A stretch of DNA of 64,000 nt, taken from contig NC_091999.1 of the NCBI RefSeq assembly GCF_044704955.1, forward strand, positions 16,802,001 to 16,866,000, in the 5' to 3' direction. This stretch comes from Pristiophorus japonicus. Taxonomy: Eukaryota. A model generated the notes under the pieces. The model saw only the letters and a list, made by a program, of their open reading frames with translations. It was not told where the DNA came from and did no database searches. Below are positions 1 through 12,600 of this stretch, piece by piece. Made by a program: the position numbers and the translations under genes. The first letter of the stretch is position 1; each line of letters starts with the position of its first letter.

Positions 1-1080
1 GGAACATTCTCCCCACACCGGGGGAGGGGGGGGATATAAACCGGGGAACATTCTCCCCACACCGGGGGATATAAACCGGGGAACATTCTCCCCACACCGG
101 GGGAGGGGGGGGATATAAACCGGGGAACATTCTCCCCACACCGGGGGGCGGGATATAAACCGGGGAACATTCTCCCCACACCGGGGGGGGGGGATATAAA
201 CCGGGGAACATTCTCCCCACACCGGGGGGCGGGATATAAACCGGGGAACATTCTCCCCACACCGGTGGGGTGATATAAACCGGGGAACATTCTCCCCACA
301 CTGGCGGGGGGGGGGATATAAACTGGGGAACATTCTCCCCACACCGGGGGGGGATATAAACCGGGGAACATTCTCCCCACACCGGGGGGGGATATAAACC
401 GGGGAACATTCTCTCCACACCGGGGGGGGATATAAACCGGGGAACATTCTCCCCACACCGGGTGGGGGGATATAAACCGGGGAACATTCTCCCCACACCG
501 GGGGGTGGGGGGGATATAAACCGGGGAACATTCTCCCCACACCGGGGGGTGGGGGGGATATAAACCGGGGAACATTCTCCCCACACCGGGGGGAGGGGGG
601 ATATAAACCGGGGAACATTCTCCCCACACCGGGGAGGGGGGATATAAACCGGGGAACATTCTCCCCACACCGGGGAGGGGGGATATAAACCGGGGAACAT
701 TCTCCCCACACCGGGGGGGGGGCGGGGGGGATATAAACCGGGGAACATTCTCCCCACACCGGGGGGAGGGATATAAACCGGGGAACATTCTCCCCACACC
801 GGGGGGTGGGGGTGGATATAAACCGGGGAACATTCTCCCCACATCGGGGGGAGGGGGGATATAAACCGGGGAACATTCTCCCCACACCGGGGAGGTGGGA
901 TATAAACCGGGGAACATTCTCCCCACACCGGGGGGGATATAAACCGGGGAACATTCTCCCCACACCGGGGGGGGGATATAAACCGGGGAACATTCTCTCC
1001 ACACCGGGGTGGGGGGGGATATAAACCGGGGAACATTCTCCCCACACCGGGGGGGATATAAACCGGGGAACATTCTCCAC
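1..1080. repeat. G-rich minisatellite, ~26 units: invariant core GATATAAACCGGGGAACATTCTCCCCACACCGGG plus a variable G-run (units ~38-50 bp)
   Basis: Directly visible tandem array running off the left edge of the window. Confidence 0.97.
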
Positions 1081-1255
1081 CTGCCTGCCGGGTCCTGGGT
1101 CCGCTCCAGCCCGAAGGAGCGGTCAGTGCATGCGGTGTATCTGCGTCAAACTCTCAGGGAGCGTCTGTAAATCAACGAGAAATAGTAATGGACCAGGGAG
1201 CGTCTGTAAATGAAGGTTCAATGGTGACTGAGCAGGGAGCGTCTGTAAAGAATTC

Positions 1256-1921
1256 TAGAATCACAGAATATTGCAGCACAGAAGGGGGCCATTCGGCCCA
1301 TCGAGTCTGCCGATACTTTCGGGAAGCAATCCGGTTATCCCACTTCCCCCGCTCTTTCCCCAAAACCCTGCAATATCATTCTGCTTCAAGTGTTTGTCCA
1401 ATTCACTTTTGAAGGCTACGATTGACTCTGTCTCCACCGCTCCGTCAGGCAGTGCATTCCAAACCCTAACCACTCCTTGTGGGAAAATGGTTTTCCTCAT
1501 GTGACCTCTGTTTTTGCCAATCGCCTCAAATCTGTGCCCTCTGGTTATCAGCCGATAGAAACAGTGTCTCTATTTATTCTATCTAATCTTCATGATTTTT
1601 AACACCTCTATCAAATCTCGTCTTAACCTTCTCTGCTCCAAGCAGAACAATCCCAGCTTCTCCAGTCTCCACATAAATGAAGTTCCTCATCCCTGGCACC
1701 ATTCCAGTAAATCTCTTCTGTCCCCTCTCCAAAGCCTTTGTGTCCTTCCTGAAGTGTGCCCAGAATTGGACCCAACCCTCCAGCTGGGGTTGAGCTAGTG
1801 TTTTATATAGCTTTAGCATAACTTCCCGGCTTTAGTACTCTGAGCCTCGATTTATAAAGCCCAGGATCCTTTACGCTTTATTAACAGCTTTGTTAACCTG
1901 TCCTGCGACCTTCAAAGATTT
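1256..1921 (-). mobile_element. CR1 LINE 3' fragment, degenerate
   Basis: Minus-strand translations LYKTLAQPQLEGWVQFW and QGVVRVWNALP match the C-terminus of the intact CR1 ORF2 at 14527-17325. Confidence 0.9.
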
Positions 1922-1954
1922 ATTAAACTCTTTAAATATTTCAAAAAATGTAGC

Positions 1955-2320
1955 AGAAATGGAGAGTGGTCAGGGAGCGTCTGTAAAGGAAGGAGAAATG
2001 GGGAGTGGTCAGGGAGCGTCTGTAAAGGAAGGAGAAATGGAGATTGGTCAGGGAGCGTCTGTAAAGGAAGGAGAAATGATGAGTGGTCAGGGAGCGTCTG
2101 TAAAGGAAGGAGAAATGGAGAGTGGTCAGGGAGCGTCTGTAAAGGAAGGAGAAATGGAGAGTGGTCAGGGAGCGTCTGTAAAGGAAGGAGAAATGGAGAG
2201 TGGTCAGGGAGCGTCTGTAAAGGAAGGAGAAATGGAGAGTGGTCAGGGAGCATCTGTAAAGGAAGGAGAAATGGAGAGTGGTCAGGGAGCGTCTGTAAAG
2301 GAAGGAGAAATGATGACTGG
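1955..2320. repeat. 39-bp minisatellite (GAAATGGAGAGTGGTCAGGGAGCGTCTGTAAAGGAAGGA) x~9
   Basis: Near-perfect tandem copies; related units at 1155-1250, 4632-4670 and 32470-32665. Confidence 0.97.
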
Positions 2321-2334
2321 GCACGAAGCTCAAT

Positions 2335-4631
2335 TAAAAAATTCTCATCCTTGTTTTCAAATCCCTCCGTGGCCTCGTCCCTCCCTATCTCTGTAACCTC
2401 CTCCAGCCCTACAACCCTCCAGGATCTCTGGCATCCTGCACATTCCTGATTTTAATCTCACCACCATTGGTGGCTGGGCCCTAAGCTCCAGAATTCCCTC
2501 CCTAAACCTCTCCCTCCTCCTTTAAGACCCTAAGAACATAAGAAATAGGAGCAGGAGTCGGCCATTTAGCCTCTCGAGCCTGCTCCACCATTCAATAAGA
2601 TCATGGCTCATCTGGTCATGGACTGAGCTCCACTTCCCTGCCCACTCCCCATAACCCTTAATTCCCTTATTGTTCAAAAATCTGTCTATCACCACCTTAA
2701 ATATATTCAATGACCCAGCCTCCACAGCTCTCTGGGGCAGAGAATTTCACAGATTTACAACCTTCTGAGAGAAGAAATTTCTCCCCATCTCAGTTCTAAA
2801 TGGGCGGCCCCTTATTCTAAGACTATGTCCTCTAGTTTTAGATTCCCCTATGAGTGGATGCAAATATCCTCTCTGCATCCACCTTTTCGAACCCCCTCAT
2901 TATCTTATATGTTTCAACAAAATCCCATCTCATTCTTCTGAACTCCAATGAGTATAGGCCCAACCTATTCAACTTATTTTCACCAGACATCCCCCTCATA
3001 TCCGGAATCAACCTAGTGAACCTTCTCTGACAGCCTCCAATGCAAGTATATCCCTCCTTAAATAAGCAGACTAAAACTGTACGCAGTACTCCAGGTGTGG
3101 CCTCACCAATACCCTGTACAGGTGTAGCAGACTTCTCTGCTTTTATACTCCATTCCCCTTGCAATAAAGGCCAACATTCTATTTGCCTTCCTGATTACTT
3201 GCTGTACCTACATACTAACTTTATGTGTTTCTTGCACAAGGACCCCCAGGTCTCTCTGTACTGCAGCACTTTGCAATTTTTCTCCATTTAAATTATAATT
3301 TGCTTTTCTTTTATTTCTGGCAAAGTGGATAATCTCACAGTTTCCCACATTATACTCCATCTGCCAAATTTTTGCCCACTCACTGAGCCTTTGCAGATTT
3401 TTTGTGTCCTCCTCACAATTTGCTTTCCCACCCATCTTTGTATCATCAGCAAACTTGGCTACATTACACTCTGTCCCTTCATCCAAGTCATTACTATGGA
3501 TTGTAAATAGTTGAGGACCCAGCACCGATCCCTGCGGCACTCCACTAATCACTGTTTGTCAACTGTAAAAAGACCCATTTATCCCGACTGTGTTTTCTCT
3601 TAGTTAGCCAATCCTCTATCCATGCTAATATATTGCCCCTAACCCAGTGAGCTTTTATCTTGTGCAGTAACCTCTTATGTGGCACCTTATCGAATGCCTT
3701 CTTGAAATCCAAATACACCACATCCACTGGTTCCCCCTTATCCATCCTGCTCTTTACATCCTCAAAGAACTCCAGCAAATTTGTCAAACATGATTTCCCT
3801 TTCATAAAACCATGCTGACTCTGCTTGATTGAATCATGGTTTTCCAAATGTCCCATTACTGCTTCCTTAATAATGGACTCCAACATTTTCCCAACGACAG
3901 ATGTGAGGCTAACTGGTCGATAGTTTCCTGCTTTTTGTCTGCCTCCTTTTTTAAATAGGGGCGTTACATTTGTGGTTTTCCAGTCTGCTGGGACTGCCCA
4001 GAATCCAGGGAATTTTGGTAGATTAAAACCAATGCATCAACTCTGCAGCCATTTCTCTTAAGACCCTGGGATGTAAGGCATCAGGTCCAGGGGATTTGTC
4101 CACCTTTAGTCCCATTATTTTACCTAGTACCACTTCATTACTGATAGTAATTGTATTAAATTCCTCCCTACCTATCGCCCCTTGATTATCCACTATTGGG
4201 ATGTTTTTAGTGTCTTCTACCGTGAAGATCGATACAAAATATTTATTCAACGTCTCTGCCATTTCCCTGTTCTCCATTATTAATTCCCCAGTCTCATCCT
4301 CCAGGGGACCAACATTTACTTGAGCCACTCTTTTCCTTTTTAACCCTCTTTAAAATGTGCCTCTTTGACCATCGGTGTCAAATTTTATCTGATAATGCTC
4401 CTGTGAAGCACCAGGGGACATTTTACAGAGTTATTTCAAGGCTGAGATAGATACATTTTTGGTGTTTGGGGAATCGAGGGATATGGAGATCGGGCGGGAA
4501 AGTGGAGTTGAGGTTGATGATCAGCCATGATGTTATTGAATGGTGGAGCAGGCTCGAGGGGCCGTATGGCCTACTCCTGCTCATAACTCTTATGTTCTTA
4601 AAGGTGCCATATAAATGAAAGTTGTTGTTGT
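2335..4631 (+). mobile_element. L2-like LINE 3' end, split by nested CR1 insertions (pieces ~2335-2530, ~4341-4428, ~4599-4631)
   Basis: 2335-2395 reads KILILVFKSLRGLVPPYL, typical of L2 ORF2 C-termini; ends in a (GTT)n tail. Clade assignment from memory of motifs. Confidence 0.6.
2531..4340 (-). mobile_element. CR1 LINE, 5'-truncated, frameshifted RT
   Basis: [23 protein letters not shown] and FADD motifs across several minus ORFs; TAAGAACATAAGAA tail at 2531. Confidence 0.95.
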
Positions 4632-4871
4632 CTATAGAGGAAGGAGAAATGGTGATGGGTCAGGGAGAGCATTTGATCAGAACTGGGAGATATGGCAGAT
4701 GGACAGCTTAAAGGGAGCGATAGAGTGAGGGAAAGGAGAGAGAGAGAGAGAGACCATGTACACAAGACATGAACTGTAAAGTTGGGTGGGGAAGAGGAGG
4801 TGGGGAAGTGACAGCAGACAAAAGGAGGCACAATGGGAGAAGGGAGAGTAATAAAAGACATATAGAAAATA

Positions 4872-5305
4872 AAAAGACTTGCATTTATTTTGCACCTTTC
4901 ACCACCACCAGATGCCCCAAAGCCCTTCACAGTCAATTAAGTTATTTTTGAAGTGTAGTCTCTATCATAATGTAGGAAACGCAGCAACCAATTTACAATG
5001 TGATAATGACCAGATAATCTGCTTTACTGATGTTGAGGGAAAATATTGGCCAGGACATCGGGGATAACTCCCCTGTTCTGCTTGAAATAGTGCAATGGGA
5101 CCTTTTACGTACACCTGAGGGAGCAGACGGGGCCTCGATTTAACATCTTATCCAAAAGACAGCACCTCCGACAGTACAGCAGTCCCTCAGCACTGCACTG
5201 GAGCATCAGCCGAGATTTTTGTGTTCATGTCTCTGGAGTGCGACATCAACCCACAACCTTGTGACCCAGAGGCAAGTGTGTTACCCACTGAGTCACAGCT
5301 GACAC
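4872..5305 (-). mobile_element. tRNA-derived SINE (SacSINE1/Deu-SINE-like)
   Basis: Minus-strand tRNA-like head near 5235-5300; homologous copies at 26895-27330, 29650-29900 and 56190-56630. Family name from memory. Confidence 0.75.
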
Positions 5306-5408
5306 AAATACTGACATAGTTACAGCAGGTTAGCTCAGTTGGAGATGTTAGATGATGCATTTATCAATGCTTAGATATTTTGTCTATTCCTCAAAATCAT
5401 CTCACGAA

Positions 5409-6712
5409 CACCCTGTACAGTTGTAGCAAGACTTCTCTACTTTTATACTCCATTCCCCTTACAATAAAGGCCAACATTGCATTTGCCTTCCTGATTACTT
5501 GCTGTACCTGATGCTAACTTTTTGTGTTTCATGCACAAGGACCTCCAGATCCCTCTGTACCGCAGCATTTTGTAGTCTCCATTTAAATAATAATTTGCCT
5601 TTTTATTCTTCCTACCAAAGTGCATAACCTCACATTTTCCCACATTATACTCCATCTGCCAAATTTTTGCCCACTCACTGAGCCTGTCCATAACCCTTTG
5701 CAGATTCTTTGTCTTTGTCTCCTCACAACTTGCTTTCCCACCTATCTTGGTATCAGCAGCATATTTGGCTGCAGTGCACTCCGTCCCTTCATCCAAGTCA
5801 TTAATATAGATTGTAAATAGTTGAGGCCCCAGCACTGATCCCTGTGGCACCCCACTAGTTACAGTTTGCCAACCTGAAAATGACCCATTTATCTGTTTTT
5901 TCTGTTAGTTTGCCAATCCTACATCTATGCTAATATATTACCCCCAACCCTGTGAGCTCTTATATTGTGCAGTAACCTTTTATCTGGCACCTTATCGAAT
6001 GACTTCTGGAAATGCAAATACACAACTGCTACTGGTTCCTCTTCATCCACCCTGCTCGTTACATCCTCAAAGAATTCCAGCAAATTTGTCAAACCTGATT
6101 TCCCTTTCATAAAACCATGCCATCTCTGCTTGACTATTATGATTTTCTAAATGTCCTGCTACTATTTCCTTAATAATGGCCTCCAGCATTTTTCCAATGA
6201 TAGATGTTTGGCTAACTGCTCTATAGTTTCCTGCTTTCTCTCTCCCTCCCTCCCTTGTTGAATAGTGGTGTTACATTCGAGGTTTTCCAATCCACTGGGA
6301 CCTTGCCAGAATCCAGGGAATTTTGTTAGATTACAACCAATCCATCCACTTTCTCTGCAGCCACTTCTTTTAAGACCCTAGGGAGGTCCACATTTAGTCC
6401 CAATAGTTTGTCTAGTACTTTTTCTCTCGTGATAATGATTGTTTTAAGTTCCTCACTCCCTGTGACCCCTTCATTAATATTATTGGGGTGCTTTTAGTGT
6501 CTTCCACCGTGAAGACCACACAAAATATTTGTTTAAAGACTCTGCCATTTCCCTGTTTCTCATTATTAATTCCCCATCTCATCCTCTAAGGGACCAACGT
6601 TTATTTTAGCTATCTCTTCCTTTTTATATACCTGTAGAAGCTCTGACTGTGTTTATATTTCTTGCCAGTTTACTCTCAATCTACCTTTTCCCTCTTTATT
6701 ATTTTTATTAAG
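5409..6712 (-). mobile_element. CR1 LINE internal RT fragment
   Basis: [11 protein letters not shown] and LTNLLEFFEDVTSRVD motifs; frameshifted. Confidence 0.93.
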
Positions 6713-6827
6713 TCAATACTTAAAACCACACAGCAGAAGGAAAGAATGTTCCATAGAAACTAGAATTGTCTCTGTTGAATTTCGATCCTGCACTTCCAGT
6801 GATGACTTTTGTAAACACTTTTTGCAG

Positions 6828-7609
6828 GATGTTAGAAGGGGAGGATTTGAAGGAGGGAAACTCAAACTAAACGTCACGTCAAGATCTGATAGAGTCACTC
6901 AATTCATCAGGACTTGAATATCATCGGCCTTTGAATGTGGAAGGAGAAATGTTTTTTTGTTTTGCCTGTGGGGAAAGATTACAAACATCAGTGTGACTGA
7001 AAAAGCAGAGACACAAACACCCGATTGAGAGTGTTTTAGTGCACTGATTGTGGAAAGAGCTTTAACCAGTTACACAGCCTGAAACACCATCGTACCATTC
7101 ACAGCGGGGAAAACTGTAAACGTGTTGTGTGTGGAGGAGGCTTCAACTGATCATCCAACCTGGAGAGACAGAACCACACCCGCACCACGGAGAAACCGTG
7201 GAAATGTGGGGACTGTGGGAAGGGATTTAGCTACCCATCTGCACTGCAAATTCATCAACACAGTCACACTGGGGAGAGGCCGTTCACCTGCCCCGTGTGT
7301 GGGAAGGGATTCACTCGGTCATCCGACCTGCTGATACACCAGCGAGTTCACCCTGGGAAGAGGCCATTCACCTGCCCCGTGTGTGGGAAGGGATTCACTC
7401 GGTCATCCAACCTGCTGATACACCAGCGAGTTCACACTGGGGAGAGGCCATTTATCTGCTCTGAGTGTGGGAAGGGATTCAGTGTGTCATCCTGCCTGCT
7501 GACACACCAGCGGGTTCACACTGGTGAGAGGCAGTTCACCTGCTCGGAGTGTGGGAAGCGATTCACTCGGTCATTCCACCTGCTGGCACACCAGCGAGTT
7601 CACAAGTGA
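6828..7609 (+). pseudogene. C2H2 zinc-finger exon, copy 1 (5 fingers, 7187-7609; family start ATG altered to ACG)
   Basis: Acceptor TTTTTGCAG|G at 6827; frame [12 protein letters not shown]...HTGERPF repeats to TGA at 7609; in-frame TGA at 7148; paralogues have ACCATGG where this copy has ACCACGG. Confidence 0.8.
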
Positions 7610-8394
7610 CTGCAGGGGTTGGATTCTGCTGTTATTGCAGCTGTTAATCACATCCTGACTGAATCGTGTCCATTCCGACAGTTGAAGTTTGTTTCTGATG
7701 AAAATAACCCCTATAACTGGGCTGGAATATAATATTTAGATGTTTCAATAACAGAGTGTGTCGATATTTAATGTTCCAAGATAAGAGGAGACTAATTAAT
7801 GTCCTGTTACTGACTGCACCATTTTGGGGCCTTTTCTCCTTTCTAACTCTGGATTATTTCAGTTCTCATACCTTCGGTTACTCTCGTGGACAAATGCCAG
7901 TTCCCCTTACCTTCCAGAGTGCCTCTCCTAGCCTTGGTATTGTGGGAAGGTGTCGGTAACATGACTGGGAGCCCTGAACACAAAACCCAGTCTGTGAATC
8001 ACTTTCAGATACTGGACTTAGTGTGTGTCCCACAGCATCTCTCTCACCTTCGATGTGTGAATGGAGCATCACGCCTGCAAACCTGGGTTCAATTTAAATT
8101 TGAATCCACTCAGGAAATGTATTTAAGAAAATACAGATCACATCAAATAATTGCCAATGGTTTCGAGTCAACAAGATGAACAAGTAAATACATCCCGGCC
8201 CAATATTCCAGCTCTGCATTCACAGGAGAAAGTCTGTTATCAAACTCCTCGAGTAGACAGAATAGAGAACAATGCTAACTCTAAGAATATCTAGCATCTG
8301 TTGTAAATATCTTTCAAATCCCGACTGATACAATCTGGCGTTTTCCTTTCAGTTGAAGTGAATGGAAGATGAGAGGGGTATTGGCATCGGGAAT

Positions 8395-9583
8395 TCGGTT
8401 AATTCAGCTTCTGAAAGGTGTTCATGTTTAGTTCATTCCATAGCGGCGAAAATATGGTTGTTATCATTAAAGAGAGATTTCATTGAGCAACAGTTGGTGT
8501 TTGCAACCAACTGGCTGAGGATATTTTCTTCATAGAATGTTTAGATTAGAAATATTATGTTAGAATAAGAAAAGTTCAGAGACTAGTGGTTTGTGCTTGT
8601 CACAGGAAGACCAGTGCTTCCAACATTGTTGATGAATGTTGAAGAAAATGCAGACTTGTGTCTCTGGACTATGCCGTAGCCAAAGACTACCATATCAGGC
8701 AATGCCAGTTCCAGTTGGATAAGAGGTTGATGGCATAGCAAAAGATCCAGCAGTTAAAACAAAATTATCTCCAGTTATCTGCAGACATCGAATGTCGCAG
8801 CATGCTGACAAAGTTGGACTTAAGAATTTAAAGTATTGAGTTAAATTATTGGGATTGATTGTTATAGAATTGAATTGTTATAGAATGGAAAAGTGGTGAA
8901 GTTATGCTAAACTTGTATTGAACCTTGGTTAGACTTTGTGTGTGCAATTCTGGTCACCATATTATAAAAAGGATATGGAGGCACTGGAGAGGGTGCAGAG
9001 AAGATTTACAAGGATGATACCAGAAAGGTGACCGTATACCTATCGGGAAAGGATGGACAGGCCGGGTCTCTCTTCTCTTGAAAAAAGAAGGCTGAGGGGT
9101 GACCTAAAATGATGAAAGATTATGATAGAGAAGATACAGTGTTTCCACTTGTGGGGACCAGCATAATTAGAGGCCATCAACATAAGATAGTCACCAAGAA
9201 ATGAAATAGAGAATTCAGAAGAAATCTCTACCCGGAGAGTGGTGAGAATGTGGAACTCACTGCCACAGGGAGGGGTTGAAGCGAATAGTATCGATGCATT
9301 TAAGGGGAGGCTAGAGAAACATGAGGGAAAAGGGAATCGAGGGCTATGTGGATATAGTTAGATGAGGAAAGAAGGGAGGGGGCTCGAGTGGAGCATAAAC
9401 GCCGGCATGGACTGGTTGGGCCGAATGGCCTGTTTCTGGGTCCTATATCCGATGTAATCCTATTGTCCAAGACACACTGCTCGAAGGAGAAGATAAATGA
9501 CTTGCATCCAAACGCAATTGTTACTTTTGTCTTCTTTGTAAAATGACAAAGTCTGGGCATAATTTGTTTGTGAAATTAAAACT

Positions 9584-9615
<32 letters not shown>

Positions 9616-12600
9616 TGCTAAGCGTCGCTGGTCAAACACATGGGAAGGAAAATTTAGCTGAAAATTGAGATAATTAAGTTTTATTTTTGAAAAAGTCCCG
9701 TCTCTGTGGTTCTGTCCAAACTATGTATTCAGAAATAAGTTTTTTGGGGCGACTGTTATGCTAAAGGTAACTAACACCCTTCCTCGTGGCATATTTTGGA
9801 GAATAAAAGGTCCAAGAAGAGGTTCGGTTAAATAAAATTAAACAAAGAAACTGGGTCAAAACTTGGAGCAAGTGGGAATGTTTGATCGATGTTTAAAGAC
9901 AGTATGATAATATTGTATGCGACAGTAAAGTTCCTCTGGGCTCATGAATGAAATGGTGAACACTGTATAAAATGTAATGAGAGGAAATGAGTGAGGATAT
10001 AAGAGGAAAACAGGAAAGTTACACCTCCAAATAGAAATGTTTCTTCACTAATTGTTCCTGGGTGAATTGTCATAAATCACCTGGGTACAATCTGGTGTTA
10101 ATGTAAATTCTTGTTAAAGTCAGGGAAGTGTAGGAAATTGCTAAGATTTCTCTGAGATGTTTGTGTCATTGCCTACACTGAACAATAAGAAAACTGAATT
10201 TGATCGCCTGGCCCCTACCCGAGACATCAGGACCGTGCAGAGGGAGATGAGCAAAGATCTTCAGACACCCCACGATCTTTTGATAAGATCACCTCAAATG
10301 GCTTGGGTCAGATGTCACATGTGGCATGATATTGGGATACCGCTGTGTGTGTGTGTGAACGAGTCTCAGGCATGCTCATTTATCGACAACAGCACAACAT
10401 GAAATGGCTAATGTGGCTCAGGAGAGTGAGAGAACTTTTTAAACCGTCAAGGCCGTGACACGTTCTCCATAGAGAAACCGACTTTGAAATAATCAGGATG
10501 GAGTTAAACACACTGCTACCTGTCAGAGGCGTTAGAATTAACAGTAGCGAGAATGCTGATCAAATTCGGATTTCCTTACAGCTAGAATGGTTGTCAGTTT
10601 CAATGCTGCCACTAAGTACTGAACAAAGAAAGCTTGTAGAGAGGCTAAAAATAAAAAAAGTCAGCCTGTTTCTGTCTGGACAAGGTGGCCATGGCTGTGT
10701 ACAGATCAGCTACAAGCTGAAGGTGGGAGATAAGGAGGCCAGACCTTACAGGCTCCATAACAAAACATGGATCCAAGTGAGAGGCGATCTCCAGGAGGAA
10801 GCAGAGGACCTCAAAAGGGTTAGTTTTGGAATCCGTGATAAACCGAGGTATAGATCCTCAAAAGCATAATTTTGGTGGTAATAGAGAAAGAACCCTAAAG
10901 CCTGCTCCTTGGGAAGATTGGGAGACCAGGAAGACTCCCCTGAACCAGGTGGGTTGGGACACATCCTGACCCGAAACACTAAATTAATAGTGTTCACTTA
11001 AAGAGTTAGTATCACACCAGGACAATAAGTAATTCAAGACCATAATAAAATACTTCAATACAAACTTAAAATGTAATGACGGCAGGTTATTTTAAAGTAA
11101 GAAATGTCGTATGTTGATCAGTAATGTTTACTATTGGTTTGCCAAGTACAAACGCTGATAGTGATCATCATATGTGGGACTTAAATAAAATGACATCCCA
11201 CCTCACAAAAAGAACTCGACCTGTCCCATCCAGTAAAAGAACCCACATGTAATGGACTAGAAGTAACTGAATCAGGAAATGTATTATATAACAATGTGTG
11301 TTTTTAAATTGTACATTGAAATCAAAAGATTTAAACATGAGCTTGAATCTATCAACTAGATTATGTGAAGGGAGATATTCACAATTAATAGACAAAATGG
11401 GAAGAGAAATAGTAAAGGATGTGTTTGTAAAGAAAAGAAAACAGGAACCAAGGGATGAGGAAGATGGGGAACACAAGGAGAATCAGTTTAAATCACAAGG
11501 AAAGTGAGAGCTGACAGGATAGCTCAGAATATGAGCCACAGCAAGGTTAGCAGGAGTGAACAGAATAGATATAGAAAGTGAATGGGAACATGATGTGGCT
11601 TACTGGAGGTATCATGTGTAGCCTCTGACATTTATGATGAATGTAGTGCAGAAGGGACTGGACAAGAGAGAGACTAATCAAATCCCTTTGTTTATTCATG
11701 AAGAACAACTGAGAAAATGGTTTAGGGGAACCAAGTCATATGCTTTGATGTGATGCAGCCAATAGGAATGGGGATTTTGTCCCCGAGGGAAGGAGAAAGA
11801 AGTGAAGATATTAGACCAGTGGGACTAGTCTTGTTTTTGCTAAGGAAAAATGGAAATGAAACGAAACCTTGGACGGTGTATAGGGTAGAACCGTTTGCAA
11901 GGATGGAAGACTGAGCTAGGTCCGATCCATAAACAGTATGAGGAATATCCAAGATATCTGATTAAGAAGGGAGTAACTTGGATAGCACCAGATATGCAGT
12001 GTTGTACTCTGAAAGGGACAACATGGGTTTGTAGCTGTTCCAGCTTGTGGGTTCACCCTCGACAAGGAATCTCCAGAATGCCAGATTGAAATAAATAAAT
12101 GGGGCGAAGGCCAAACTAATACCATGTATAAAGGAAAAGGACAGTATTGTGTGACTACTACTGTCACGTATATGACTGTGGGTTCAACCCGATGCCCCAG
12201 ACTGGAACATCACTTTAGCTTGATTCCACCGAGGAACACATGTATCAGTGCTAAACGTTGATTCTGGTACATCATCATAACGCAACTTATCTGCAGACAA
12301 GGCTGCCTCTGGAGGATGAAGCCATTCAAGTCATTCCACATATAGGACACTATATTCTCCCTGTTTCTGGCTTTAAAGCTCATAATTCAGCGAATTAGGT
12401 CATCCCAGAAACACACAGTGCAAATCATAGAGGAAGAGAGAGACAGAACAGGCAATCCCAAGACTTGAGAATCAGGAATGGTGGAAAGTAGTATCTAGTT
12501 AGATTGTTCCAGCTGGGATTGGTGATAGCACGGATCATAGCTTCAGGGATTATGGTCATTGCATTATGCTGTAAGGAAGTCAATAAGGGACATTGAAAAT

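Noticed and set aside
1-1080. CRISPR-like appearance (palindromic constant repeat containing ATAAACCG and GGGGAAC, variable spacers)
   Set aside because: The spacers are only short G-runs, there are no cas genes, and the context is vertebrate; this is a minisatellite.
1890-2396. 168-aa repetitive ORF (ESGQGASVKEGEM)n
   Set aside because: By-product of a 39-bp stop-free unit; it starts inside a CR1 fragment and has no gene structure.
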